Source: Rhizophagus irregularis
Taxonomy: Eukaryota
DNA length: 64,000 bases
Direction of reading: 5' to 3'
NCBI RefSeq assembly: GCF_026210795.1
Contig: NC_089432.1
Location: 5,208,001 to 5,272,000, forward strand
Shown here: in pieces, positions 25,200 through 36,715 of the stretch
Numbering within the stretch: position 1 is the first letter of the stretch
Layout of the letters: every line of letters starts with the position of its first letter
Notes under the pieces: model-generated
Seen by the model: only the letters and a program-made list of their open reading frames with translations
Databases searched by the model: none
What the model was told of the DNA's origin: nothing
Made by a program: the position numbers and the translations under genes

Positions 25200-27200
25200 T
25201 CTAATCAAGAACTAGAAGATACGGAAATGATTCCTCCGATAATTATAAATGAAGTAAATGAACAAGTTATAGAAATGATGAGGCGTTAAAACCGATATGT
25301 TTTTTCGCCTTCTAATGACTAACCTAATCTATATGCAGGATGGGATATCGTGACTGACAAAAAAATGATTCGTGATGCATATATTAAAGTTCGTCAGGAT
25401 CCATCCTTCACAAAAGGATTTAAGTTTACCACGAATCCGCATCAGTTTCAGGAAAAAATTATCAAGCCCTTTTAGTGGTTTATTGAAGGCTTAATGTCCC
25501 GCAAATATCAATCTAGCGGTTGGCGAAACTTTTCTCTTTTCGTCAGACTGTAAGCGATCTTGTAAGTATAGATTGATTTTATTGATTTTACAATTTCAGG
25601 ATGTGACGTCTGATTATCTAACAAATCCCTATAAAAAAATTGGATACGTTTTTTATAAAGTTTTTATACGATTTTTTTTCCTTAGAAATAACGTATCATA
25701 ATAGGATACGGAAAAATGCACAATTCCGTATCACTAAAAATATGGTTTGGATACGGAATTTGCACGGGATTTATATGGAATTTACATGATTTGATCACTG
25801 ATTTTATCACGAAATTTATACGATTTGGTCACTGAATTTACTATTTGTATTACAGTTTACTATAATTGTACTTACATAAATCTAATTTTACTTTATTAAA
25901 TTAATAAAAAATAAAAAATAAACAAAGTACAAATACATTATGAAAATTCCTTCCTTATTAAAACCACCTATTGCAACCAAAATTATCTATAAGTTCAGGT
26001 TCATTTGGAGTCAAACAACCTAAAAGAACAAAAAAAAATATTGGAAACAAAACACCCCCTCATATAGTATCTGCAATCGTCCAAGTCACCAAAGGTCAGC
26101 ATTCCTACAAAAAAAGAAGACTCTGAAGCAACAAAACTGAAACAACCTACAAAAAGAAAAGAATCTGAACCCAACTTACAAAAAAACAAGAAAATTTGAA
26201 CTGACCTAAAAAAAGAAAAAAATCCTGAATCATCCTACAAAAAGAAAAGGACTCCCAAACTGATCTACAAAAAAGAAAAAGAAACTGAATATTCTCACAA
26301 AAAAAATCTGCTGGCCTATGAAATTAAATATAAATAAAGAAGAAAGGGGAATAAAGAATAAACCAAAAAAAATATTTTTTTAAAAAGAGAGATAACGAAG
26401 TTAGAAAAGTTAAAAAAAATTTTTTTTTTAAAGAGAGGACGTCAAAGTTAGAAAAATAAAAAATTTTTTATAAAGAGGAAATAGAAATAGAAAGAAGAAA
26501 TTTTTTTTAAAAAAAAAGAAGAGTGGAATAAAAGAAAAAATTTTTTTTTAAGGGAGTGACGAAAAAAAATTTTTTTTCGAAGGAGAGTGACGAAAAAAAA
26601 ATTTTTTAAAGTGAGGTACGAAAAAAAAATTATTTTTAAAAGGGGAAAGAAGAAAAATTTAGAAAAAATACCAAAAATAAGACAAGAGAAAGAGAAAGGA
26701 AAGGAAAGACAGAAAGGAAGATCGGAAGATCAAACTCATCAAAGTAAGGGTTTATATAAAAAACAAAAAACGTATCATAACAAAACGATAAACAATCATG
26801 TGATCTCGTGTTATGATACGGAATTTTTGTAAAATTATCTTCTAAAAATATTAAGTTTAAAAATTCCGTATACATTCCGCATGATTTTCCGTATACATTT
26901 CTTATACATTAGTTTTTTTAAAAAATGTTCAAAAATGAATTGCTTATTAAATATACGGAAATTGTATACGGAATCTATAGAAACGTACATAAAATGTATA
27001 CAAAACGTATCCTTTCCGTATACATATTTCTTATAGGGAATCCTTTTTATTACAGGTCCCTTCACATATTATGTTTATTGGTTTGACGACAATGAAAAAA
27101 CCATTGTATTTAGATATAGATGATGATCAAAAATGGCGTGTTTCTATATGTCAACTAAAGCAATCTTTTTTTTTTGTTTGCTATCCAGTGTCGTATTGAT
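25200..27200 (+). pseudogene. Gene relic with stops, split by the CACTA-type insertion
   Basis: Coding-like segments at 25200-25560 and 27056-27160 with premature stops. Confidence 0.3.
25627..27038. mobile_element. Non-autonomous CACTA/CMC-type element (1.4 kb)
   Basis: Termini CCCTATAA...TTATAGGG; 3-bp TSD AAT; GATACGG/CCGTAT subterminal repeats; A-rich core. Confidence 0.88.
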
Positions 27201-27659
27201 AGTTTTTATTCCAACGAAAATAATAAGGGATTATCCAGTAAGATTTATGATATTTCTCCTTGTCATAATAGCTTCTCTTGTTATCCAATAATCACACCAA
27301 AGGCACGCCTGGATCCTTGAATCACATGCCCAAAAGATCGGCCAGAATTATGCTATAGTGCTGACCAAATTTAAATGTGAATTTACATCAAATTACTACG
27401 CTACCCGACACAATATTTTTTTTTGCAGTGAAAAGTAAAATAAAAAGCGCCAACATACAACCAACTTCTTGGCAATAAAATGGGGTGTAAACTGTAAAGA
27501 AATGCTAACAGATGTTCAACAACCCAAAGTTCTAATTGCTACAGACTACCACCAACAAGCAGACATCTATTTAAAAATCAAACAATCATGGATATCCACC
27601 AGCGCAAATTATATTAGAAAACATTTATCAACACACAGCACGTAATAAAAATAGATACA

Positions 27660-27915
27660 TTCAGATTATTTAGACATAGTCATATTTAGGTTATTTAATC
27701 ATGTAATCATAAAAAATAAATAGGAAAAAGGTGATTTCAAAGGTAAGGAATATAGTAGGAAAAATAAGAATTAGATCATTTAGTCATATCCAGATTATTA
27801 ACAATAATTAACTTTAGATTATTTAGTTATATTTAAACTATTTAGTTACATCTAGTTTATTTAGTTATATTTAGATTATTTAGACTAAATAATATATTAT
27901 ATTATTTAGTCATAA
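27660..27915. repeat. Degenerate minisatellite (TTTAGTCATA/TTTAGATTAT ~10-bp units)
   Basis: Seen directly. Confidence 0.55.
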
Positions 27916-28139
27916 TTGGCTTTTTTTTTCTTTTTTAAATGATAGCTGCTGATCAGCGAACGATTGCCTCACTAATTCATCACACGTGATTAAAGTCAAT
28001 CTGTGTTACTGTGTAATTTTATGTATTACACAATCATGCTGTGTAAATTTAATGAATTAAATAAACTTTTTTTTTCCTCTTCTTTTCGTAATTGAATAAA
28101 TATAACTTTTTCCGTAACAATATTATATATATATTCAAA

Positions 28140-30167
28140 ATGTCAGAAATGAATGAATGGTTTAAGTGGATTGAAGAAGCTATTGCTAAAAAGCATATTA
28201 AATATTACGAGTATAAATATTTTAAAAATATTCAAGAAATTGGTATCGGTAGTTTTGGTAAAGTTTATCGTGCTAAATGGAAAGATTTGCCTAAATATTT
28301 TGCATTAAAATCTCTTCTTAATATTGATGAAGAAGCTATTAAAGAACTTATTAATGAGGTGATTATAAAATATGTATCATAATATAATTTATAATGTTAT
28401 TTTACTTAAATTTTTTATCGTCAATATGTAGATTGAACTTAAACGTGAACTTATTTCTCATGATAATATTATTAATTTTTATGGGATTACTATTTCAGAT
28501 CAAGGTAATAAATAAAACATTATTTTGTATTATTAGTACAATAAATTGATGAAAGTAATAAATTCTTTATTTATTTAGAGAATCAAAGTGATGACATTAA
28601 GAAATATCATTTAGTGATGGAGTACGCTGACAGTGGTTCTCTTAACAATTATTTAAAAGAAAATTTTGAGAAACTTGTATGGGAAGATAAACTTAAATTT
28701 GCTTACCAGTTAGCTAGTGCCGTATCATGCTTGCATGATGAAGACATAATACATCGTGATTTGGTAATTTATTAAATTTATTGATAAAATAATTATTATA
28801 TTAATTATATTATTTTATTATAACTATTTATATTTTATTTCTTTTATTATAGCATTCTAATAGTGTATTAGTCAATCAAGATACTATTAAATTGGCGGAT
28901 TTTGGATTGTCAAAGAGAATCGAAGCGTCAACTAAAAAGAAAAAAGATTTATTTGGTGTAGTTCCTTATATTGATCCAAAAAAATTCAGTAATAAATCAT
29001 ATTCTTTAAATAAGAAGAGTGATGTATACAGTATAGGCGTACTTTTGTGGGAGATATCAAGTGGCAAACCACCTTTTTATTTAGAAGAAGAGTCATATGA
29101 TGATTGTTTATCTGTGCAAATTATGCAAGGTCATAGAGAAACTACTGTTCCTGATACTCCCATTGAATATGTTAAGCTTTATACTGGTAAGTTTAACATT
29201 TTATTTATTTATTTATGAAAATACTATTATACATTAATTGAAAATTTTGATTTTTTTTTTAGAATGTTGGAATGACAACCCAGATAATCGGCCATCTATT
29301 CAAGAAGTTGTTGAAAGATTAGATTGTATAATTAGTAATCAAAAAAACGAAACTATTGATAAGAAAACTGATCAAATGACAAATAAAGATATAGTTTTAA
29401 ATAGTATTGAAGAATCATCACATAGAGAATTATCTCAAATTATTCAAGAATTCAATAAGGTGAATATAAAAGAAATAATGGGATCTATGACATCAATAAG
29501 TGATGAAATTACTTGTTTACCTGAAAATGATTTAAGTGTAATAATTAATAATATTACAGAATTTATTTTTGAAGTGATGAATAAGAGTAATAATCTTAAT
29601 TTATACCAGAAATTTCTTGTATATTTAATTAATCAAAATATAGATCCACAAGAAATTTATGATTGGTTATCTAATAATCAAAATTATAATTCAAATTCAA
29701 TTTTTTTACTTGGATTTTTTAATTATTATGGAATTGAAACAAGTGAAAATAAAAAGTTGGCTTTTGATTTATTTATTAATGCTTCTGAACTAGATCATAT
29801 ATTGGCACAATACTTTGTTGGTTATTGTTATCTGTTTGCAGTTGGAACTTCACCAAACAATTCATTAGCTTTTAAGTATTTTGAAAAAATAGCTAATAAA
29901 GATTGTGCAATAGGACAGGTGTTTACTGGGTGTTGTTATGGTAATGGATATGGCATAAATGAAGAACAAAAACTTGCTTTTCATTGGAATGAAAAGGCTG
30001 CAAATAATGGAAATATAATTGGTATGAGTAATCTTGGATATTATTATAGCATAGGAAGTGGCGTTGAAAAAGATATAGATAAAGCAATTTATTGGTATAA
30101 AAAATCCGCGGAACAAGGGTATGAAAGTGCTCAAAAAAAAGTAGAAGAATTAATGAAAACTGAGTAA
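28140..30167 (+). CDS. Tyrosine-kinase-like protein kinase with C-terminal Sel1 repeats; exons 28140-28358, 28432-28504, 28579-28763, 28853-29186, 29263-30167
   Basis: GxGSFGKV, ALK, HRDLH, DFGLS, SDVYSIG motifs; GT-AG introns keep frame; Sel1 repeats (NLGYYYSIGSGVEKDIDKAIYWYKKSAEQG). Confidence 0.93.
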
Positions 30168-33100
30168 TTTATGTAAACTTAATTGTATAAACCTGTAATC
30201 AATCTATATAAATATAGTGTATACATGTATATATCTTGAAATGTTAATTTACAACTATATTAAATTAATTTACAGATAAATTTCTATGAATCAGCATTAA
30301 TTAATATTATTAAAATTTCTTGTAATGTGGCATTAAATGTTATTTTATGCATTTAAGATGGGTAAAATCATCATGTTCTAATATTCAGTTTATAGTCTTT
30401 AAAGAACTTACATTTTTTATAGTTAGATTATTATACATTCCTTAATTAGTAAAATATTAGAAAATTTACATTTACTTAATTAAATTAAGGACGAAATTAA
30501 CTATAAATACAATACTTATCTTTTTTTTATTCAATTTACAGTAAATTAAATTCATTAACAGAACATTTGATTTTAAACTATTTATTTGCATAAATAAGTC
30601 AACAAATTTTATATCACGAGTAACTCAGTTCATCATCTGACAATATGATCAAAGACGTATGGTCGCATGGTAAAGAGCACTTGGTAGCAATATATATAAA
30701 TGAAAAAATTAGAATTGTCGATAAATTGCTAGGTTTATTGATTGAATTAGTTCCACTCACTTTATTCACATTGTTTTGTTAAAGATTTTAATGAATCTTT
30801 AAAATTATTTCTTAATAGAAGTTATCGTAGTTTATTAATAATATTGATTCTATAATTTTCATCTAATTTTCAACTTTAATCTTTCAAGTTTGACAAAATG
30901 GATAAATAAATAGTACTAGCAATATTTTTTCTTTACTATCATTTGGCTCTAATAACCGTCCATTTCTCCAAATAAAAAATAAATGATTTTTGCTTTCAAA
31001 CGATGGCACTATCACAATAAATATTTTGCCTCATTACTTTGTTTATTTCTTAAAATTTTATAAAAACTAACAATTAAATTGAAATGATTAATACTTATTA
31101 TTGTAACATAATAAAAATGGAACTTACAAATGTAAATGATGGAAATTCTTTTGATCAACATCAAAATTGAAATCTAGTCCTGTATTCCCTGTTGAGAAGG
31201 ATAACAACAAATAAATCTGATAATAACACGTATTTGGACGTATATTTATTCACAAAGGACAAGGACACAAACATGAAATAAGTAAAATAAAAGTATTACA
31301 GAAAATTCAAGATTGCTGCAAAAATTGTTTGATAATATTAGCTTTTATACAAATAATCGTTGATTATGATCACCTGAGTTTTGTTTGTTTTACACGATTA
31401 CACAAAAACGCATATACATATTATAATGGAAATTCAAATCTAATATTTTGGACGTATAGATAGAATCAACTCTGACTAAAAATATTATTGCAATTTTTTA
31501 TTTACAATGGTGGAAATTAGACCTTAAGTATTCATAATTTTTATCGGGTATAGATATTGTTCAACAACAAATATTATTATTGTAATAACATTGCAAAAAA
31601 TGTAAATGATATCATATCACAAAGATTAACAGTGATAGTGATTTGGATGATTTTCTTATTAGTATAAGATATAATCCATTAAAAATAGCTAAATTTGCTG
31701 AGTCCAAGTGTATTGAAGGAAGTTCTCCATTTAAAACTGATAATGTAAAAATATCGATAAATATTTCATTCCATCCAAAATATGAAATGATCCAATATCA
31801 GGTTTATATCAGTAAGGAATTTTGATGAAATATATATCATATTCTATTTACAAATGTAAAAGAAATAACAGAAGGATGACTTAATATTGTACAGTAAATC
31901 AAGCAACTTTATTAGCTGATTTCAAATATTTAACGAATTATGATGAATATTGCACGAGAAAAACTCTCAATATGTTATTAAATTAATAATAAATATATTT
32001 ACCTCTACAAATAAATATTTTTTATCTTAAAAAAAGATGTAATTTTAATCTTAAAATTTATAGTTAGAATCAAATCTACAGTGTACCGTTTGGATGAAAA
32101 GTGCCAAAATTTCGAAAAATTGATTTTTCGAATTTTTGAATTTTAAAATCTCCTTATAAGGAGATTCTCCTTATAAGGAAAATCTCCTTTTATGGCAATG
32201 TAACGTTACACAAATGTCCAAATAAGGAAGTTTGTATTACCAAATTTCCTTTTTTGGACGTTTTGTGTAACGTAGATCTATCCTATAAAAGGAAAATTTC
32301 CTTATAAGGCGATTTTAAAGTTCAAAATTTCGAAATTTCGAAATTTCAAAAAAAAATTACCATAAAAGGAAATTTTTTTTAAGATTTTTGAAATTTTGAA
32401 ATTTCGAAATTTTGAATTTGAAAATCGCCTTTTAAGGAAATTTTCCTTTTATGTAAGGGATCTACGTCGCACAATATTTAATTTATAGTGCCAGCCAGAA
32501 TTATAATCTCCTTATACAGAAATTTTGTTTAAAAATATTTTTTTAACAAATCTGGTGGCTAAACTATTTACCCGAATTCCGAAATCATGTGTTAATATTT
32601 ATTTTTACCAAAAATTGGAGTAATCCTGGCCGGATTTAAGAAAAATATTAATGTAACGTTACACAAATTTCCAAAAAAGGAAATTTTGCTTCTCGCAAAA
32701 AATTGGAAATTTGGTTTCACAAATACTCCAAAAAAGGAAATTTACATGGCGATCACTTAATTCCGGCCAGCATTATAAATTTTTTATATTCTTTATTAAT
32801 TAAAAAAATTTAATTTTTTTTAATAAACTTTTAATTTTTTTTTAATGATCTATATATACTTTATTAATATTAAGTTCATATACCATATAAACAAATTATC
32901 ATAAGCTATATCCATCCAATAGAATGCAATCATCAAAATAATAAACTTTTAATAAACTTTAACTTTTTAATTTTTTTTAATAATAATAATAATTATTATT
33001 ATTATTATTAGCATTATATTAATTTTTTAATTATGCAAAATAATTATCAATTTTACCAATGGCTGGTATCTTCTAATATTTGTATTTGAATAATACATAT

Positions 33101-33879
33101 TTTTAATGAAGAAAAAGCAATATATGATAAAATTTATATTAATAAAATTTTTAATAATTTTTATTTTTTTTTGTTTTTTTATCAAATTTTCAATTATACA
33201 AAATAAATATTTATATTTAAGTGATGTATTAAATATGTTTTTAATGAAAAGAAAACAATATATAATGAATTTATTTAATATTCTTTTTAATAAATTTTTT
33301 TATAATTTTTATATTTTTATTTTTTAATTTTTCTTAAAAAACTTTTTAACTTTTAACTTTTCTTAATTTTTTTGTTTTCTTTTATCAAATTATTTTCAAT
33401 TATACAAAATAATTATCAATTTTACTAATGGCTAGCATTTTCCAATATCTGTATTTAAGCGATATATTAATGTTTTTAATGAAAAGAAAGCAATATATGA
33501 TAAAACTTATATAATATTCTTTTTAATAAATTTTTAATAATTTTTATGTTTTTTTTTAATAAACTTTTTTTATAAACTTTTTAATTTTTCTTAATAAACA
33601 TTTTAATTTTTTTTAATAAGCTTTTTAATTTTTTTTAATTTTTTTTGTTAATTTTTTTATCAAATTTTCAATTATACAAAATAATTATTACTGATTTTAT
33701 TAATAACTCAATATTTGTATTTAAGTGATATATTAAACATATTTTTAATGAAAAGAAAACAATATATAATAAACTTATTTAATATTCTTTTTAATAAAAT
33801 TTTTTATAATTTTTATAGGAATATGTTTTTTTTTCACCTGCAATATGTCACATCTTCCTTTTTTTTATTTTATTTATTT

Positions 33880-34317
33880 ATTTATTTTATTACTAAAAGA
33901 GTGGCAAAACCCAGGCTATTACAAATAGAAGGAGAAAGAATTCGAAAAAACTTAAGACTAATATATGTGTATAGACCTTTGTTCGTCATCCCCTACGGGA
34001 CCTCACTCTTTGATCTGTACTATTTGATAAAGTAGGACTACGCTAATAAATCAAATGGGAACCATAAAAAAAACTATCCGAGAGACTAGCGGCTATCTAA
34101 AAAAAGAAAGTTAAAGGCAATCAAAATATAAAAATTAAGATCCGTATTTTCCTTTCAACCAAGGTTGCCACCTGTGAATACTGTAAGAGGTGGAATGTTT
34201 CACACTATTTTAAGTTGTGTTATACATATGATAACGAAAAAAGAACCGAAAATGTAGATTAAACTACTAGATAAATGTAAAAACTCCAAATAAAAGAGTA
34301 CTAATATATATATATAA
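33880..34317 (-). ncRNA. Conserved structured 3' block (copy D)
   Basis: Sense-strand pairings TTCGTTATC/GATGACGAA, CCACCT/AGGTGG, ATTTGAT/ATCAAAT, AAAGAGTG/CACTCTTT; motifs shared with copies A, B and C. Confidence 0.55.
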
Positions 34318-35137
34318 TTAATTAAACTGTCTTAGAACTTGAAGGTCCTGGTACCAGGGAGTCATCGGTAGTATCTGGTGAAGGACGTAGTCTTTGCATG
34401 TTATAATTTTGAAATGAGAAATAATGATTCTCGTTATTAATATTATCACGTTTGTTGGGCCGATATTCGACCTCTGCTGTATCATCTGATACATCAATAT
34501 ATTGAACGAGAAATTGAAGAAGGTTTTCGTTGTTGTATTCTTATTGTTGATTTTTTGTTCACGTGATTTGATAAACGTGATTCTATCTAATAATTTTTGG
34601 CGTATCATATTAAAATATTTTTTTTTGAATACAGCGTGGAAAAACTCGTTGGGCAGAAAAAAAATGCTGAAGCTGTTTGCTAATTTGAAATTTGGCGCTT
34701 GGTAGTGCACTTGTGGAATGATACTGAATAGGGGTAGTTGACATGAGATAGTCATTTGTGTGTATCCTTAAGTGAATTTGATTGGTGTCTAAATTATGAT
34801 CAACAATCTCAAAAAAGAAACTTTTTGAACGTCTGAATTCATAGATCTTGTTGTAACCGGCTTTGTGTATTCTGGTCACGTGAAATTTTGTGAAAGAAAT
34901 GAGAAAAGAATTATTTTCGCACGAAGGCAGTGAAAGGCATAAAGGAGTGTGGACATGTATAGTCGAGAATAAAGTATCCTGTAGTTGTATATTTGTATCT
35001 AAAACATTATTTTCAGCAGGTCCGTCTTCAGCAATATTACTTCTGATATCGGAAATAGCGTCCAACTGTCTATAAGATTTCAGAGACTCGTATGATACCG
35101 AGGAAAAATCTATCTCAATAAAGTTTGAAGAAGTCAT
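34318..35137 (-). pseudogene. Frameshifted intronless orphan ORF in the retroposed cassette
   Basis: Overlapping ORFs 34610-35137 and 34318-34755 look like one protein broken near 34750. Confidence 0.55.
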
Positions 35138-35906
35138 ATCCCTAATATATGGGCATTAATAAGAACAAAAACCTTATACTGTGACCGAAGCGCCCTACAG
35201 GGCCTCTTATCCCTTTGGGTGTTTCAAATAGAAACGAAAAAAAACCTTGCGCTAAATTACTGCGGAAAACTAACAAAATTAAAAAAGGGGGAAAGAGTTT
35301 TTTTTTTTCATCTTCCTTTTTTTTGGTAATTTTTATATATTAATTATGTTGATCATTTTGATCACATAACTTTGTTAAGATTTTCCATTTTTTTAAAAAA
35401 TCCTGGTGTGAAACCTTATGCACTTATTATGTACTATAAGAAACCTTATACTATATGTATTTTTGACCGCTCTGCAAGTTTTCTTAATATATCAAAAGAG
35501 ATTTAGATTGTCATTTTGACTTTTATATGTAATATGTTATAGGAATGCGACATAACACAGGTATGATAAAAAATAAAACCCATTTTTATTTTTTTATTTT
35601 TTTATTTTTTAATTTTTCTTAAAAAACTTTTTTTTCTTTTAACTTTTCTTAATAAACTTTTTAATTTTTTTTGTTTTTTTTTGTCAAATTATTTTCAATT
35701 ATACAAAATGATTAAATATTTGTATTTAAACGATATATTAATATTTTTAATAGTGAGAAAGCAATATATGATAAAACTTATATAATATTCTTTTTAAATA
35801 ATTTTTATATTTTTTTTAATAAATTACAATAAACTTTTTTTATAAACTTTTTAATTTTTCTTAATGAACATTTTAATTTTTTTTTTTTTTATCAAATTTT
35901 CAATTA

Positions 35907-36061
35907 CAATCAACCCTTGTTATAACGAACCCTAGATTCCAGACCTCAACTTCACTATATAGTTATAGTAAAGATTTTAAGAAATTTAATTGGTTAATTC
36001 ATTATAACAAGGGGAAATTTATTATAGTTGTCTGAAAATTCACTATATCAAAAGTTGACTG
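35907..36061. mobile_element. pogo/Tigger-type MITE (155 bp)
   Basis: Degenerate TIR CAATCAACCCTTGTTATAACGAA / CAGTCAACTTTTGATATAGTGAA; TA duplication; the empty site CAATTATACAAAA is seen in sibling repeat units. Confidence 0.8.
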
Positions 36062-36715
36062 TATACAAAATAATTATCAATTTTACTAATAGCTAGCATT
36101 TCCAATATCTGTATTTAAGCGATATATTAATGTTTTTAATGAAAAGAAAGCAATATATAATAAAACTTATATAATATTTTTTTTAAATAATTTTTATATT
36201 TTTTTTAATAAATTATAATAAACTTTTTTTATAAACTTTTTAATTTTTCTTAATAAACATTTTAATTTTTTTTTAATAAGCTTTTTAATTTTTTTAATAA
36301 ACATTTTAATTTTTTTTTTTTAACAAATTTTTAATTATACAAAATAATTATTAATTTTACTAATGGCTTAATATTTGTATTTAAGTAATATATTAAAGAG
36401 AAAATTTATTCATCGCACGTGCGATGACATCGCTACCCCCCATTTTATTTATCACGTGATAAATCCAATTAAAATATAGCACGATTATTGTGTTACAATA
36501 AATATAAACAATTTTATAGCTTCGTCAATAGTTTTTTTTTCTAACACTCTTTTTAAATAAAAAAAACAACCTGTTTTTTTGCTTAAAAACGCGTTAAAGT
36601 TGCTTCTTAACATTTAAAAATACTTTTATGTACTAGTAAAGTAGCTCAAAAACTTTAATTGTTCAATTATCATAAAGAAATTGGGTTACACGGCTCAAGC
36701 AGTGATTCGTGAAAC

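Larger units (their letters stand above)
33867..35308 (-). mobile_element. Retroposed 1.44-kb cassette: orphan ORF plus conserved 3' block, no RT
   Basis: 16-bp direct repeat CATCTTCCTTTTTTTT at 33851-33866 and 35309-35324; (TAAA)n/A tail at the 3' end on -. Confidence 0.8.
32930..36397. repeat. Internal AT-rich tandem repeat of the large element, resuming at 41159-41560
   Basis: Recurring CAATTATACAAAATAATTAT...ACTAATGGCTAGC...GTATTTAAGCGATATATTAA...GCAATATATGATAAAAC units. Confidence 0.75.

Noticed and set aside
26001..27065. Several Lys- or Phe-rich ORFs
   Set aside because: Inside the low-complexity core of a non-autonomous element
32077..32110. Tc1/mariner classification of the large element (TA + CAGTG)
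   Set aside because: A 6-bp duplication outside the TA explains the empty site better
33106..34035. ORFs 33106-33327 and 33715-34035
   Set aside because: Translations of AT-rich tandem repeat; the second crosses an insertion junction
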